A stretch of 64,000 nt of DNA from Leptolyngbya sp. PLA1 (GCA_021405315.1 QWIH01000009.1:7059-71058); one strand, 5' to 3'. Shown: positions 18,669 to 28,534, counted from the stretch's first letter. Notes: a model not told the origin generated them from the sequence alone. Numbers and translations are program-made.

Positions 18669-19313
18669 ATGCACTCCGGCTCTGCAAGGCTCGCGACCGG
18701 ACTCCTGCTGCTGGCGGGGCTGTGGATCTTTGTCTACTGGTGGTGGCCGTCGGCGCCGCCGGTGACGTTCGCGGGCCCCGAGACCTCCGGGGCGGCGGAG
18801 CATGTGCAGCGCCCGGACGGGGAAAGCCCGCCGGCGCCGGAGGGCGGCTCACAGGCGCCCGAAGTGCCCGCGCCCGAGCCTTCGAGGGCGGAGCGGCCGG
18901 AGCCCGTGCCGCCGGCGGTGATTCCGCCGGAGTTCTTCGATCACACGGTGGCCAAGGGCGAGACGCTGGAGGACATTTCGAAGCGGTACTTCGGGACGAC
19001 GCGGCACGCGGGGGCGATCGCGCGGAGCAACCCGCTGCTGAGCCCGGCGAACATCCGCGAGGGCCGGGTGATCCGGGTGCCCCGCGATCCGGAGAACATC
19101 CAGGGCATCCCGACGGTCCCCGAGGCGCCGGCCCCGGCGGGCCGGACGTATGTGGTGAAGGCCGGCGACTCGCTGTCGAAGATCTCGAAGGCGATGTACG
19201 GGACGACGCGTCACGCGAGGCTGATCTTTGAGGCCAATCGGGATCAGTTGAAGGACGAGGATTCGATCAGCCTGGGACAGACGCTGGTGATTCCGCCTCA
19301 GCCGAAGGAGTAG
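18669..19313 (+). CDS. Membrane-anchored protein with two LysM peptidoglycan-binding domains
   Basis: HTVAKGETLEDISKRYFG and YVVKAGDSLSKISKAMYG...IFEAN; N-terminal TM. Confidence 0.9.
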   Translation: MHSGSARLATGLLLLAGLWIFVYWWWPSAPPVTFAGPETSGAAEHVQRPDGESPPAPEGGSQAPEVPAPEPSRAERPEPVPPAVIPPEFFDHTVAKGETLEDISKRYFGTTRHAGAIARSNPLLSPANIREGRVIRVPRDPENIQGIPTVPEAPAPAGRTYVVKAGDSLSKISKAMYGTTRHARLIFEANRDQLKDEDSISLGQTLVIPPQPKE

Positions 19314-19316
19314 GAG

Positions 19317-20321
19317 ATGGCCGTGCGGACATTCATCGTGACCGGCGGGGCGGGGTTCATCGGCTCGAACGTTGCGGCCGAGCTCGGGCGGCGCGAGCCC
19401 GGGGCGAGGGTGGTGGTGGTGGACTCGTTCCGGTCGGGCTCGTTCGCGAACATCGTGGAGGCGTGCGCCCGGCGGGGCATGGGCGGGTTTACGGGCGAGG
19501 TGCTGCCGGAGTCCTCGGCGAGGGTGCACTGGCAGTTCCAGGTCGATCGGCTGAAGCCCGCGGCGGTGTTTCACCTGGGGGCGATCACGGACACCACGGT
19601 CGCGGACGAGGCGCTCATGCTCCACGAGAACGTGGCGGGCTTCGCGGCGATGCTGGCGGCGTGTCAGGAGGCGAGGGTGCCGGTGGTGTACGCGTCGTCC
19701 GCGGCGACCTACGGGACGCCGCCCCACGCGGGACGGAGAGAGGCGTTCCCCGAGGCGGCGGCGGGGCAGCCCTCGAACGTCTACGGCTTCTCGAAGTGGC
19801 TGATGGAGCAGGAGCACGCGACGTTCCAGGGCACGTATCCACGGGCGCACGTGGTGGGGCTTCGGTACTTCAACGTGTTCGGGCCGGGGGAGAGCCGCAA
19901 GGCGCACATGGCGTCGATGATCTATCAGCTCACGCGGCAGTTGCTGAGCGGGAAGGCGCCGAGGCTGTTCAAAGACGGCACGCAGTCGCGCGATCACGTG
20001 AGCGTGCACGACGTGGTGGACTGCACGATCCACGCGAGCGGGGTGTTCGGCGGGTGCCCGAAGCCGGGGGTGTACAACCTGGGGTCGGGGGTGGCGACCT
20101 CGTTCAATCGGGTGCTGGAGGCGGTGCGGGGGGCGATCGGGGTGCCGGAATCGAGCCTGCCCACGGAGTACTTCGAGATGCCGGAAGCGGTGCGGAGGTT
20201 CTACCAGGATTTCACGCTCGCGGACATGAGCCGGACGGCGGCGGGCCTCGGCTGGCGGCCCGCCCGTGAGCCGGCGGAGGCGATCGGCGAGTACGCGAGG
20301 TGGCTGAAGGAGCAGGGCTGA
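19317..20321 (+). CDS. hldD: NAD-dependent epimerase, ADP-L-glycero-D-manno-heptose 6-epimerase-like
   Basis: VTGGAGFIGSN, FHLGAITDTT, VYASSAATYG, NVYGFSK, RYFNVFGPGE..K..MAS. Confidence 0.78.
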   Translation: MAVRTFIVTGGAGFIGSNVAAELGRREPGARVVVVDSFRSGSFANIVEACARRGMGGFTGEVLPESSARVHWQFQVDRLKPAAVFHLGAITDTTVADEALMLHENVAGFAAMLAACQEARVPVVYASSAATYGTPPHAGRREAFPEAAAGQPSNVYGFSKWLMEQEHATFQGTYPRAHVVGLRYFNVFGPGESRKAHMASMIYQLTRQLLSGKAPRLFKDGTQSRDHVSVHDVVDCTIHASGVFGGCPKPGVYNLGSGVATSFNRVLEAVRGAIGVPESSLPTEYFEMPEAVRRFYQDFTLADMSRTAAGLGWRPAREPAEAIGEYARWLKEQG

Positions 20322-20360
20322 CGCTCGCGTGCGGTCGCGGGCGCCAATGATGCTCGCGGC

Positions 20361-21335
20361 ATGAAACTACGCAGGATTCTCGTCACCGGCGGCGCCGGGT
20401 TTCTCGGCTCTCACCTGTGCGACCGGCTGGTCGAGCAGGGGCACGACGTCATCTGCCTGGACAACCTGTTCACGTCGCAGAAGCTGAACATCCAGCACCT
20501 GCTGCCCAGGCCGAACTTCGAGTTCATCAGGCACGACGTGACGCGGGAACTCTGGCTCGAGGTCGATGAGATCTACAACCTCGCGTGCCCCGCGGCGCCG
20601 GGGCACTATCAGTACAACCCGATCAAGACGATGAAGACCTCCGTCATGGGCGCGATCAACATGCTGGGCATGGCGAAGCGGTGCCGGGCGAAGATCCTCC
20701 AGGCGTCCACGTCCGAGGTGTACGGGGATCCGGCGGTGCACCCACAGCCCGAAACCTACCGGGGGAACGTGAACCCCATCGGCCCGCGGGCATGCTACGA
20801 CGAGGGCAAGCGGGCGGCGGAGACGCTGTTCTTTGATTATCACCGGTCGAACAAGGTGAACATCCGCGTGGTGCGGATTTTCAACACCTACGGGCCCCGC
20901 ATGCACCCCTTTGACGGGCGGGTGGTGTCGACGTTCATCCGGCAGGCGCTGTCCGGGACGGACATCACGCTCTTCGGCGACGGGAGCCAGACGCGGTCGT
21001 TCTGCTACGTGAGCGACCTTGTGGACGGGCTGCTGCGGATGATGGCCGCACCGGACGAATGCACTGGGCCGATCAACATCGGCAATCCGCAGGAGTGCAC
21101 GGTGCGTGAGCTCGCGCGGCTCGTCATCGAGCTGGTCGGCAGCAGGTCGAAGCTCGCGTGCCTCGCGCTGCCGGCGGATGATCCCGTGCAGCGCCAGCCG
21201 GACATCACGCTGGCGGAGCAGAAGCTGGGGTGGAAGCCGACGGTGGGGCTGCGGGATGGTCTGCTGAGGACCATCGAGTACTTCCGGACGATCGACATGC
21301 ACAGCTTCAGGCCGCCCACGCCGAACTATTCGTGA
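20361..21335 (+). CDS. UDP-glucuronic acid decarboxylase (UDP-xylose synthase family)
   Basis: [60 protein letters not shown]. Confidence 0.92.
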   Translation: MKLRRILVTGGAGFLGSHLCDRLVEQGHDVICLDNLFTSQKLNIQHLLPRPNFEFIRHDVTRELWLEVDEIYNLACPAAPGHYQYNPIKTMKTSVMGAINMLGMAKRCRAKILQASTSEVYGDPAVHPQPETYRGNVNPIGPRACYDEGKRAAETLFFDYHRSNKVNIRVVRIFNTYGPRMHPFDGRVVSTFIRQALSGTDITLFGDGSQTRSFCYVSDLVDGLLRMMAAPDECTGPINIGNPQECTVRELARLVIELVGSRSKLACLALPADDPVQRQPDITLAEQKLGWKPTVGLRDGLLRTIEYFRTIDMHSFRPPTPNYS

Positions 21336-21344
21336 GTCGGCGCG

Positions 21345-22574
21345 TCAGTCGGGCTCGGTGACGGTGTAGGCGATGACGACGGACGCGACGGCGGTGCTGC
21401 TGCCCTGCCAGTTGCTGCACCAGCCGCTGACGAAGTAGGTGTAGGCGGTATTGTCAACGACGGGGTTCTGCGGGGAGAAGCCGGGATAGGCGACCGGGTC
21501 GGCGGAGGCGGTCACGGAGTTGGCGTCGGTCATGACTTCGGTGACGCGGAAGGGAATGGGGCGGCGGAGCAGGGCTCCGCGGACGCTGGCGGCGGAGGTT
21601 GAGTCGACGAGGTGGAAGGTGACGGCGGTGATGGTGGCGCCGTGGGGGAGGTGCACAGGTGCGACGATGTAGCCGGAGTTGACGGAGGCGTCGAGGTAGG
21701 CGAAGTCGCTGATGGGCTCGCCGCCGAAGTTGCCGGGGGTGCCGGCGATCATGGGCCGGAAGTCCTCCGGGCCGAGGGTGAGGTAGCGGGTGCGCGGGGC
21801 GGAGTAGGTGTGGTTCGGCGCGGTCATGGTGCCGGTGGAGGCGATGGCCCCGCTGACCTGGAGGGCCTCGGCGCCGACGGGGCTGGCACCGATACCGAGC
21901 TTGCCGGTGTTGGAGACGATGATGCGGTCGCCTCCGACGTTGAGGCGCCAGGAGCCATCGGTGCCGTGAACGTAAGTCCAGGCCCTCGCGAGGTTGTTGG
22001 TGGCGTAGCCGTAGAAGGGGAGCCCGGTGCCCGACTGCGTCTCGATGTACATCCCGCCGTAGTTCCCCGGGCCGGATGGAGTGCTGACGTTGAAGAAGTC
22101 GGCGCCGCTGATGGCGCTGGACCGGTTGAGGAAGACGGCGTTGCCGAGGGCGGGATCGTTGGTAGTGGAGGTCGGTCCGGCTTCCTTCCAGCGGTCGCTG
22201 AGGGAGCGGAGGGCGTAGGGGGTTGGGGTGACCTTCTGACGCGGGAGGAGGATGGTGTAGGAGCCGACTCCGGCTGGCCTGACGGCGATCTGCAGCCAGC
22301 GGTCCGGGCCGGTGAAGATGCCCGGGCCGGGGGAAACTGTGGCTGTGAACCTGCCGTTGTCCGGGGTGACGTTGGTTGCGGTTGTGACGGCGCCGACGGA
22401 CGCACCGCCGCTGGCGACGGTGTAGACGGCGAACTGGAAGTCCTGAGGCGTGGTGATCGGATTGCCGGATGAGTCGGCGAGGTGGCCCTGGTAGGTGAAC
22501 GACTGGGCGTGAGCGAGGGCCGCACCGAGCCCGAGCACGACGGCGATGGACGCGGTGATCACGGAGCGCATCAT
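21345..22574 (-). CDS. Secreted beta-rich protein with N-terminal TYQG...PRQ..T..PYA domain (409 aa)
   Basis: AGGAGG RBS; signal peptide ending AHA-Q; QSFTYQGHL...PRQKVTPTPYAL; Thr/Gly/Ser-rich. Confidence 0.75.
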   Translation of the reverse strand: MMRSVITASIAVVLGLGAALAHAQSFTYQGHLADSSGNPITTPQDFQFAVYTVASGGASVGAVTTATNVTPDNGRFTATVSPGPGIFTGPDRWLQIAVRPAGVGSYTILLPRQKVTPTPYALRSLSDRWKEAGPTSTTNDPALGNAVFLNRSSAISGADFFNVSTPSGPGNYGGMYIETQSGTGLPFYGYATNNLARAWTYVHGTDGSWRLNVGGDRIIVSNTGKLGIGASPVGAEALQVSGAIASTGTMTAPNHTYSAPRTRYLTLGPEDFRPMIAGTPGNFGGEPISDFAYLDASVNSGYIVAPVHLPHGATITAVTFHLVDSTSAASVRGALLRRPIPFRVTEVMTDANSVTASADPVAYPGFSPQNPVVDNTAYTYFVSGWCSNWQGSSTAVASVVIAYTVTEPD

Positions 22575-22647
22575 GAGATTGTCCTCCTGACCAGAGTGTA
22601 CAGGACGCGCCAAGTGGGGTATGAGGGAGGGGGCGGGATCGAGGCGG

Positions 22648-23625
22648 TCAGCGGATGCCGTGGACGAACGGGTCGGAGTCGTCCAGGACGAGGGAGGACT
22701 CGCCGGTGACCCAGGCCCCGCCGCGGATGGTGGGGATGAGGAGGTCGCCCCTGAGGTGGACGGAGCCGACGAAGCGGCTGGCGATGATGCTCTCCTGCCT
22801 CCACTGCTGGCGTTCGCGGAGTTTTCCGTCGGCGAAAAGGCAGGCCATTTTGGCGCTGGTTCCCGTGCCGCAGGGTGAGCGGTCGTAGGCGCCGCCGGGG
22901 CAGAGGACGTAGTTGCGGCTGTCGCAGTCGGCGCGCGTGGGGGGGCCGAAGAGCTCGATGTGGTCGATCTCTCCGCGCCCGAGGGAGGGATCGGCGCGGA
23001 TGCCCGCGTGGTCGATGCCCGCGCGGAGTGCGAGGCAGTAGGCACGGAGGGTGTCCAGGTTTCGGAGGGAGAGGTCCTGCCCGTGGTCCTGCGCGAGGAA
23101 GAACCAGTTGCCGCCCCAGGCGATGTCGCCTGTGACACGGCGCTGCTCGCCGAACAGGGAGAAGGGGACTTCGACGCCGGCGGCGTATCGGAAGGCTGGG
23201 ACGTTCTCGATGGAGATTCCACCCTGGGGGTCGAGTTGGACGGCGACGGAGCCGACGGGGGTCTCGATCGTGTGGGTACCGACGCCGATTCTGCCGAGGT
23301 GGCGGAGGGTGGCGGCGAGGCCGATGGTGCCGTGCCCGCAGGCATTGAGGAGGCCGACGTTGTTGAAGAAGATGACGCCGCAGACGGCGTCCGGGAGCGC
23401 GGGCGGGACCAGCAGCGCCCCGACGAGGGCATCGTTTCCTCGGGGCTCGTTGCAGACGGCGGCGCGGAACCAGTCGAAGCGGTCGCGCATGACCTGTGCC
23501 TGGGCGGCGACGGATGGGCGAGGACCGCCGGCGTGGCGAGCGAGATCCGGTCCGCCGTCGAGGACGACGCGTGTGGGCTCGCCCTCGGTGTGGGAGTCGA
23601 TGACCTGCACGCGGGCGTGGGGCAT
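22648..23625 (-). CDS. Proline racemase family enzyme (4-hydroxyproline 2-epimerase-like, Cys/Cys dyad)
   Basis: VIDSHTEGEPTRVV, EPRG, NACGHGTIG, DRSPCGTGTSA; ATG overlaps the upstream TGA. Confidence 0.9.
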   Translation of the reverse strand: MPHARVQVIDSHTEGEPTRVVLDGGPDLARHAGGPRPSVAAQAQVMRDRFDWFRAAVCNEPRGNDALVGALLVPPALPDAVCGVIFFNNVGLLNACGHGTIGLAATLRHLGRIGVGTHTIETPVGSVAVQLDPQGGISIENVPAFRYAAGVEVPFSLFGEQRRVTGDIAWGGNWFFLAQDHGQDLSLRNLDTLRAYCLALRAGIDHAGIRADPSLGRGEIDHIELFGPPTRADCDSRNYVLCPGGAYDRSPCGTGTSAKMACLFADGKLRERQQWRQESIIASRFVGSVHLRGDLLIPTIRGGAWVTGESSLVLDDSDPFVHGIR

Positions 23626-25094
23626 CACTTCACCTTGGCGAGGGCCCGCTCGATGACGGCGAAGACCCGGGGCCAGTCGGAGTCCTTGAAGACGCCGAGC
23701 GGCGGGAGGAGGCGGAGGTGATAGGGGCCGTGGCCGCAGTAGAAGACGATGACGCCTTCGTCGAGGCAGGCCTTGCAGGCGGCGGTGATCCTGGCCTTGT
23801 CGCCTCCGAAGGCGGTGAGGCGCATCATGCCACCGACGCCTCCCGCGAGGCGGTCGCCGCCCCCGCCGAGCGCGGGCACGGGGGGGAACCAGTCTGGATG
23901 TCGTGCGATGAGGTCGGCGGCGAGTCGGCGGAAGAGGGCGTGGTGTCGCGCGTTGGAGCCCGAGTCGCCGTAGAACGCGCCGTCGCGGAGTCGTTGAAGG
24001 ACGCGGGTTCCGACGCGGAAGGAGACGGTTTCTCCCGTGAAGGTGCCGGAGAGGAGGCCGGCCTTCGGGTTGTATTCCGGGGTGAAGAGGGTGGCGCAGC
24101 ACTGGGTCATCTTGCCGACGGTGAGGACGTCGACGAGGTCGCCGACGCCCATGAGCTCGTAGGCGAACATGCGGGGCGTCCGGCCGAAGGTCTGGATTTC
24201 ATCGTCCCAGACTGCGATGCGGTGCTTTTTGCAGCACTCCATGAGAGCGCGGGCCCATTCGGGGTCGGCGATGTTGAAGCCGCCCTCGCCCTGGATGAGC
24301 TCGAAGATGAAGCAGGCGTGCTGACCGGGGTAGCGGTGGATGAAGTCCTCAAGCCGGGCGACGCTGGCGGCGATGTAGGCGGCCTTGCCCTGGCGCTCGG
24401 CCTCGACGGGGTCGAAGAAGGGCATGTAGTCCACGAGGGTGTTGAGGGGGAGGCCCTGGCGGTAGTCCGGGGCGTCTCCGATCTGGGACATGGTGGTGCT
24501 TCGGCCCATGAAGCAGTCGCGGAAGGCGATGACGCGGCTGGCGGGTGAGTGCTTCTGGAAGCAGATCTTGAGGGCATTCTCGTTGGCCATGGCGCCGCTG
24601 GTGGCGAGGTAGCAGTGGCGGAGCGCGCTGTTGGCGGAGGCGAGGCTGACAAGGAGCGAGGAGAACTCGTAGGCGTCGGCGTTGGAGGTGAGGTTCCCGT
24701 GCTTGACGACATCGTCGAGGCCGGCCTCGATGGCGGCGCGGGTGAGGTCCGGGTCGCTGTGCCCGAAGAAGTTGACGCCGATGCCGCAGACCATGTCCCA
24801 CTTCACGCTTCCGTCGGCGAGCTCGACGAGGGCGCCGTTGCCGAGGCCGGAGCCGATGAAGGGGTAGAGGAGCGCGCGGCCCCGGACGTCGGAGGCGCGT
24901 GCGAGGAGGGCGTCGTAGGACTCCTTGAGCCCCGGATTCGGCGGGCGTTCCGCGGTGAGGGCGGCGGAGGCGCGGGCGAGTTCGGCGAGGATGGTGTCGA
25001 CGGCGGTACGGACCGCGGGGCTGCTCCTCAGGCCGGCGCCGAGCGTGGTGGACGGGATAGTTGCGGGCTGAGCCGGGGAGTGAGCGGTGGTCAT
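23625..25094 (-). CDS. Class III PLP aminotransferase (ornithine/acetyl- or succinylornithine-like)
   Basis: GGAGG RBS before ATG 25094; SGAMANENALK, FELIQGEGG, DDEIQT, TVGK, SGTF. Confidence 0.88.
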   Translation of the reverse strand: MTTAHSPAQPATIPSTTLGAGLRSSPAVRTAVDTILAELARASAALTAERPPNPGLKESYDALLARASDVRGRALLYPFIGSGLGNGALVELADGSVKWDMVCGIGVNFFGHSDPDLTRAAIEAGLDDVVKHGNLTSNADAYEFSSLLVSLASANSALRHCYLATSGAMANENALKICFQKHSPASRVIAFRDCFMGRSTTMSQIGDAPDYRQGLPLNTLVDYMPFFDPVEAERQGKAAYIAASVARLEDFIHRYPGQHACFIFELIQGEGGFNIADPEWARALMECCKKHRIAVWDDEIQTFGRTPRMFAYELMGVGDLVDVLTVGKMTQCCATLFTPEYNPKAGLLSGTFTGETVSFRVGTRVLQRLRDGAFYGDSGSNARHHALFRRLAADLIARHPDWFPPVPALGGGGDRLAGGVGGMMRLTAFGGDKARITAACKACLDEGVIVFYCGHGPYHLRLLPPLGVFKDSDWPRVFAVIERALAKVK

Positions 25095-25160
25095 GGTGCC
25101 TCCGTGCTGGTGCACCACTGTAGATCGGCCCGCGCGGGCTCGTGTCTGCGTGAAAGTGAG

Positions 25161-26393
25161 CTAGGCCGAGATCCCGCGCTCGGAGAGTCTCGCGATGAGG
25201 ACGGCGAGGAGTTGGCAGCGCTCGACGAGGCTGGCGACCTCGATCCACTCCGAGGGGGTGTGGAGCCCCCCGCCGCGCACGCCCAGAGTGTCGATCGTGG
25301 GCAAACCCGCGGCCTGGAGGTTGTTCCCGTCGCAGACGCCGCCGGTGGTGCCGAAGGGGAGGCGCTGACCGAGGGAATCCGCGGCGGCTCTGGCGGCGTT
25401 GGCGAGTGCGGTGACGCCGTGCATCTGGGGCTTGGCCGGGCGGTTGAGCACGCACTCGACGGAGACGCGGAGACCGGGCTCGCTCCGGCACATCGCGAGA
25501 AGGGAGGCGCGCATGGCCTCTCCGTCGGGCTCTGTGCGGAACCGGATGTTTCCCCAGCCGGTGGCGCTGGGTGCAACGACGTTGGTGGCGGTGCCGCCGC
25601 GGATGACGCCGAGGCTCGCGATTCGGCCGGCGGGGAGGTCTACGAGCTCGGAAACCCTGCGGGCGCACTCGGCGAGCGCGAGGATGGCGGAGCGACCGGA
25701 GGCGAAGTCCCTCCCGACGTGCGCGGGCGTGCCCTCGCAGTCGATGCGGAACTGGCCGCTGCCGGGTCGCTCGATCACGAGCGAACCGTCGGGAAGAGCG
25801 GGCTCCATGACGAGCCCGACGTCATAGCCGCGAGCCTCACGCCTGAGAGCGGCGTCGGAGTGGAAGGAGCCGGTCTCTTCATCGCTGTTGAGGGCGAATC
25901 CCCAGGAGGTCGGCACGCCGCAGGACTCGAGGGCCTCGAGGGCGGCGAGGGCGATGACGAGCCCGCCCTTCATGTCGACGCATCCCGGGCCGGTGGCGCG
26001 GGTGCGGTCCGGGCTGAGGGTGAGGGAGCGGAAGGGTCCGGCGGGGTCGTGCACGGTGTCGAGGTGCCCGCAGAGCAGGATGCGGCATCGAGAGGCGGGG
26101 GCGAGGCGGGTGCAGATGGCGGTGGGAGGCGGGGCGGCCCCACGGGGGGCTGCCATCTCGGAGCTCTCGGCGAGCCATTGGGGCCTGAGGTCACCGGGGT
26201 GGAGCGTGAGGGTGCCGCCGAGGGCGACGAGCCGGTCGGTGAATCGCTGTCGGCATTCGTCGAGGCCGGGTGTGTGGCCCATGCCCGTGGGGATCGAGAC
26301 GTGGAGGGCGAGGTCCGCGAGCAGGTCGTCGGCGCGAGCGGCGATGGCGGCGCAGAGGCGTTGCTCAGGGGCGGAGAGGCCGGGGGGAGTCAT
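25161..26393 (-). CDS. M20/M25/M40-family metallo-hydrolase (410 aa)
   Basis: GHLDTV, DMKGG, SDEETGS, HVGRD, GGVCDGN, GGGLHT; ATG overlaps upstream TGA. Confidence 0.88.
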   Translation of the reverse strand: MTPPGLSAPEQRLCAAIAARADDLLADLALHVSIPTGMGHTPGLDECRQRFTDRLVALGGTLTLHPGDLRPQWLAESSEMAAPRGAAPPPTAICTRLAPASRCRILLCGHLDTVHDPAGPFRSLTLSPDRTRATGPGCVDMKGGLVIALAALEALESCGVPTSWGFALNSDEETGSFHSDAALRREARGYDVGLVMEPALPDGSLVIERPGSGQFRIDCEGTPAHVGRDFASGRSAILALAECARRVSELVDLPAGRIASLGVIRGGTATNVVAPSATGWGNIRFRTEPDGEAMRASLLAMCRSEPGLRVSVECVLNRPAKPQMHGVTALANAARAAADSLGQRLPFGTTGGVCDGNNLQAAGLPTIDTLGVRGGGLHTPSEWIEVASLVERCQLLAVLIARLSERGISA

Positions 26394-27835
26394 GCGGCGG
26401 GTCCTCCGAGCAGGAGTGGCGCGAGGGCCAAGACCACGCCGGCGCCGAGCACGGCGGCGGTGGCGAGCTTGATCCGCCACACGGTGCGGTCGATGGGCAG
26501 CGAGGCGTGGCGGCGGCCCTCGAGGTCGGTGAGTCGGCGCTGGCGTTCGGCGACGGAGCCGTGGCGGAAGTCGAAGCGTCGCCGCGGGAGGCCGTTGAGG
26601 TCTGCGACGGCGCCGAGCGCGCTGCTCATGGCCATGATGGCCTCCGGGGTGATGACCGCGGTGCCGTCGGAGTCGCTGGGAAGGGTGGAGCTGAGGTGTC
26701 GTGCGGCGAAGGCGTCGGCCTGCCACTCGAAGCGGCGGCTGATCCAGCCGAAGACCAGCAGCGTCAGGCCGAGCGTGGCGAGCGTGAGGGGGAGCGTCGC
26801 GTGTGCGGTCTGGATCTCCGGCACCGCGCGGGCGGCGAAGTCCGCCGCGGCGCCGAGGAGTACGACGCAGGCCACGACGCCGGCGCCCATCCATGGGACG
26901 TGTCGGAGGCGGACGTGCGCGACCTCGTGGGCGACGACGCCCTCGAACTGCGGGCCGCTGAGGCGTTCGATGAGGGCATCGGTGAAGAGGAGGTAGCGAA
27001 AGGGCCAGAGGAGGCCGATGACGGCGCCGTTGAGCATCGAGCCGTGGGTGCGCCAGAGGAGCGGGCCGCGGACGCGGACGCGGTATCGGGTGATGACGCG
27101 GCGGACGCGCTCGTGCGTGGTGCCCGTATCGATGGGAACGGTGTCCCAGGCGATGCACATGAGGGCGGGGGCAACGACCAGGCAGGCGAGCACGCCCAAC
27201 CAGGTGACGGGCCCCTCGGCGGCCGCCCACCAGCCCGAGGGAGCGTCGCCTCCGGTTCCGGCCAGTCCGAGGACTCGGGCGCCGGCGGGCACGAGCTCTT
27301 CCCACGCGTTGATGAGGCTCAGGGGTAGGAGCGAGAGGAGCACCTCGTGCCTGAAGTGGGACCACACGAAGCCGGCACGACCGAGCGGCGGGTGCATGGG
27401 CCAGCCCTCGTCGAGGGCTCGCAGCATGACGGCTTCCTTGACCCGGCGCTCGAGCGAGTAGGTCGAGGCCCAGGTGAGGGTGAGGAAGAGGAGAAGAGGC
27501 GAGATGGCCGCGAGTTCATCAAGGAGAACCCAGTTCCCGATGCTGTCGCGGACGGTCTCCAGCCAGCCAAGGAAGAGGATGGAGTAGCCGACGGCGCCCG
27601 CGGCGAGGAGACGGGATGCGGAGGTCACGCGGTCGCTGAGCGCGAAGGCGGCGAGATTGCCCGTGCGGTCCAGGGTTCGCCCGCTGAGCGTGCTCGTGCC
27701 GTGGACGATGAGCCAGAGCACGGGGAGAAGGGCGAGTGGCCAGGCGGCGTGCGGGTCGCCGGGAGCGACATCCCCTGCCACTGCTTCACGCAGGTGCATG
27801 GTGATGAACACGGCGATGACCAGCACGGGAACCAC
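26390..27835 (-). CDS. M48-family (Ste24/HtpX-like) membrane metalloprotease
   Basis: Multiple TMs; NGAVIG, LFTDALIERL, HEVAH, EWQAD; GTG start supported by TACCTT 6 nt upstream. Confidence 0.88.
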   Translation of the reverse strand: MVPVLVIAVFITMHLREAVAGDVAPGDPHAAWPLALLPVLWLIVHGTSTLSGRTLDRTGNLAAFALSDRVTSASRLLAAGAVGYSILFLGWLETVRDSIGNWVLLDELAAISPLLLFLTLTWASTYSLERRVKEAVMLRALDEGWPMHPPLGRAGFVWSHFRHEVLLSLLPLSLINAWEELVPAGARVLGLAGTGGDAPSGWWAAAEGPVTWLGVLACLVVAPALMCIAWDTVPIDTGTTHERVRRVITRYRVRVRGPLLWRTHGSMLNGAVIGLLWPFRYLLFTDALIERLSGPQFEGVVAHEVAHVRLRHVPWMGAGVVACVVLLGAAADFAARAVPEIQTAHATLPLTLATLGLTLLVFGWISRRFEWQADAFAARHLSSTLPSDSDGTAVITPEAIMAMSSALGAVADLNGLPRRRFDFRHGSVAERQRRLTDLEGRRHASLPIDRTVWRIKLATAAVLGAGVVLALAPLLLGGPAA

Positions 27836-27841
27836 GCGGTG

Positions 27842-27847
27842 AAGGTA
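27842..27847 (-). promoter_or_regulatory. -10-like hexamer TACCTT 6 nt before M48 GTG 27835
   Basis: TANNNT, no SD. Confidence 0.5.
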
Positions 27848-27877
27848 GGCCCCGGCGGAAGGAGGGCGTGCGGTTGT

Positions 27878-28534
27878 TCAGCGTCGCCCGGTGCGGGACG
27901 GGCCGATGCCAAGCCCTGCGTCGATCAGAAGGGATTCCCAGCGGGCGATCGCGGCGGCGGCCTGGGGCAGCGTGCTCGCCCGGTCGGCCCACCACGCGGC
28001 TTCAACGGGCGCGGCGAGGTCCGCGGCGAGTTCGGCGAGTTGGAGGTCGGTGAGGTCGGCGACGGGCGTCTGGATGGTGAACTGGTCTCCGGACACGCCG
28101 CGGGCTTCGAGGGAGACGAGTCGAGAGATGAGGGCTGCGCGGTCTTGAATCTGGGCGAGCCTGTCGATGTCGACGGCATCGCCCCGGCCGGCGTGCGCGG
28201 GCCAGACGAGGGAGTTGCACCCCAACGCCGCGGCGACAAAGGCGGCGGCCATCAGATCGTGGCACTCGGACTCACCCACGGTTCGGGCGGCGATGGGGGC
28301 GGGCGGGGGAGCGATGCGGAAAGAGAGCAGTTCCGCGATGCGGAGGCAGGCCGGCTCCCGCGCCTGAGTGAGCGGGTCGCTGGCCGGGAAGGGCATGAGG
28401 AGGGGCCAAGGGGTGTCCGGGGCGGAGGGCTCGCCCTCGCGCGTGGCGGCGGCGGCGACGATGCCCGGGAGATCGGCGTCGCAGAGCACCAGCGTGGTGG
28501 GGCGCGTCAAGAGGGATTGCTCCGGGGTCGCCAT
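27878..28534 (-). CDS. Hypothetical protein with degenerate QueC/adenine-nucleotide alpha-hydrolase-like features
   Basis: TLVLC at the PP-loop position, LMAAAFVAAALGCNSLVWP, IQTPVADLTDLQLAELAADLAAPVEAAW; no SGGxDS and no Zn cysteines. Confidence 0.5.
   Translation of the reverse strand: MATPEQSLLTRPTTLVLCDADLPGIVAAAATREGEPSAPDTPWPLLMPFPASDPLTQAREPACLRIAELLSFRIAPPPAPIAARTVGESECHDLMAAAFVAAALGCNSLVWPAHAGRGDAVDIDRLAQIQDRAALISRLVSLEARGVSGDQFTIQTPVADLTDLQLAELAADLAAPVEAAWWADRASTLPQAAAAIARWESLLIDAGLGIGPSRTGRR

Noticed and set aside
15279-18803. 1174-aa minus-strand ORF
   Set aside because: Antisense shadow of secDF; Arg/Pro/His-rich with no motifs, as expected from stop-poor high-GC DNA
24549-26996. 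815-aa plus-strand ORF
   Set aside because: Antisense to the aminotransferase/M20/M48 genes; no recognisable domain
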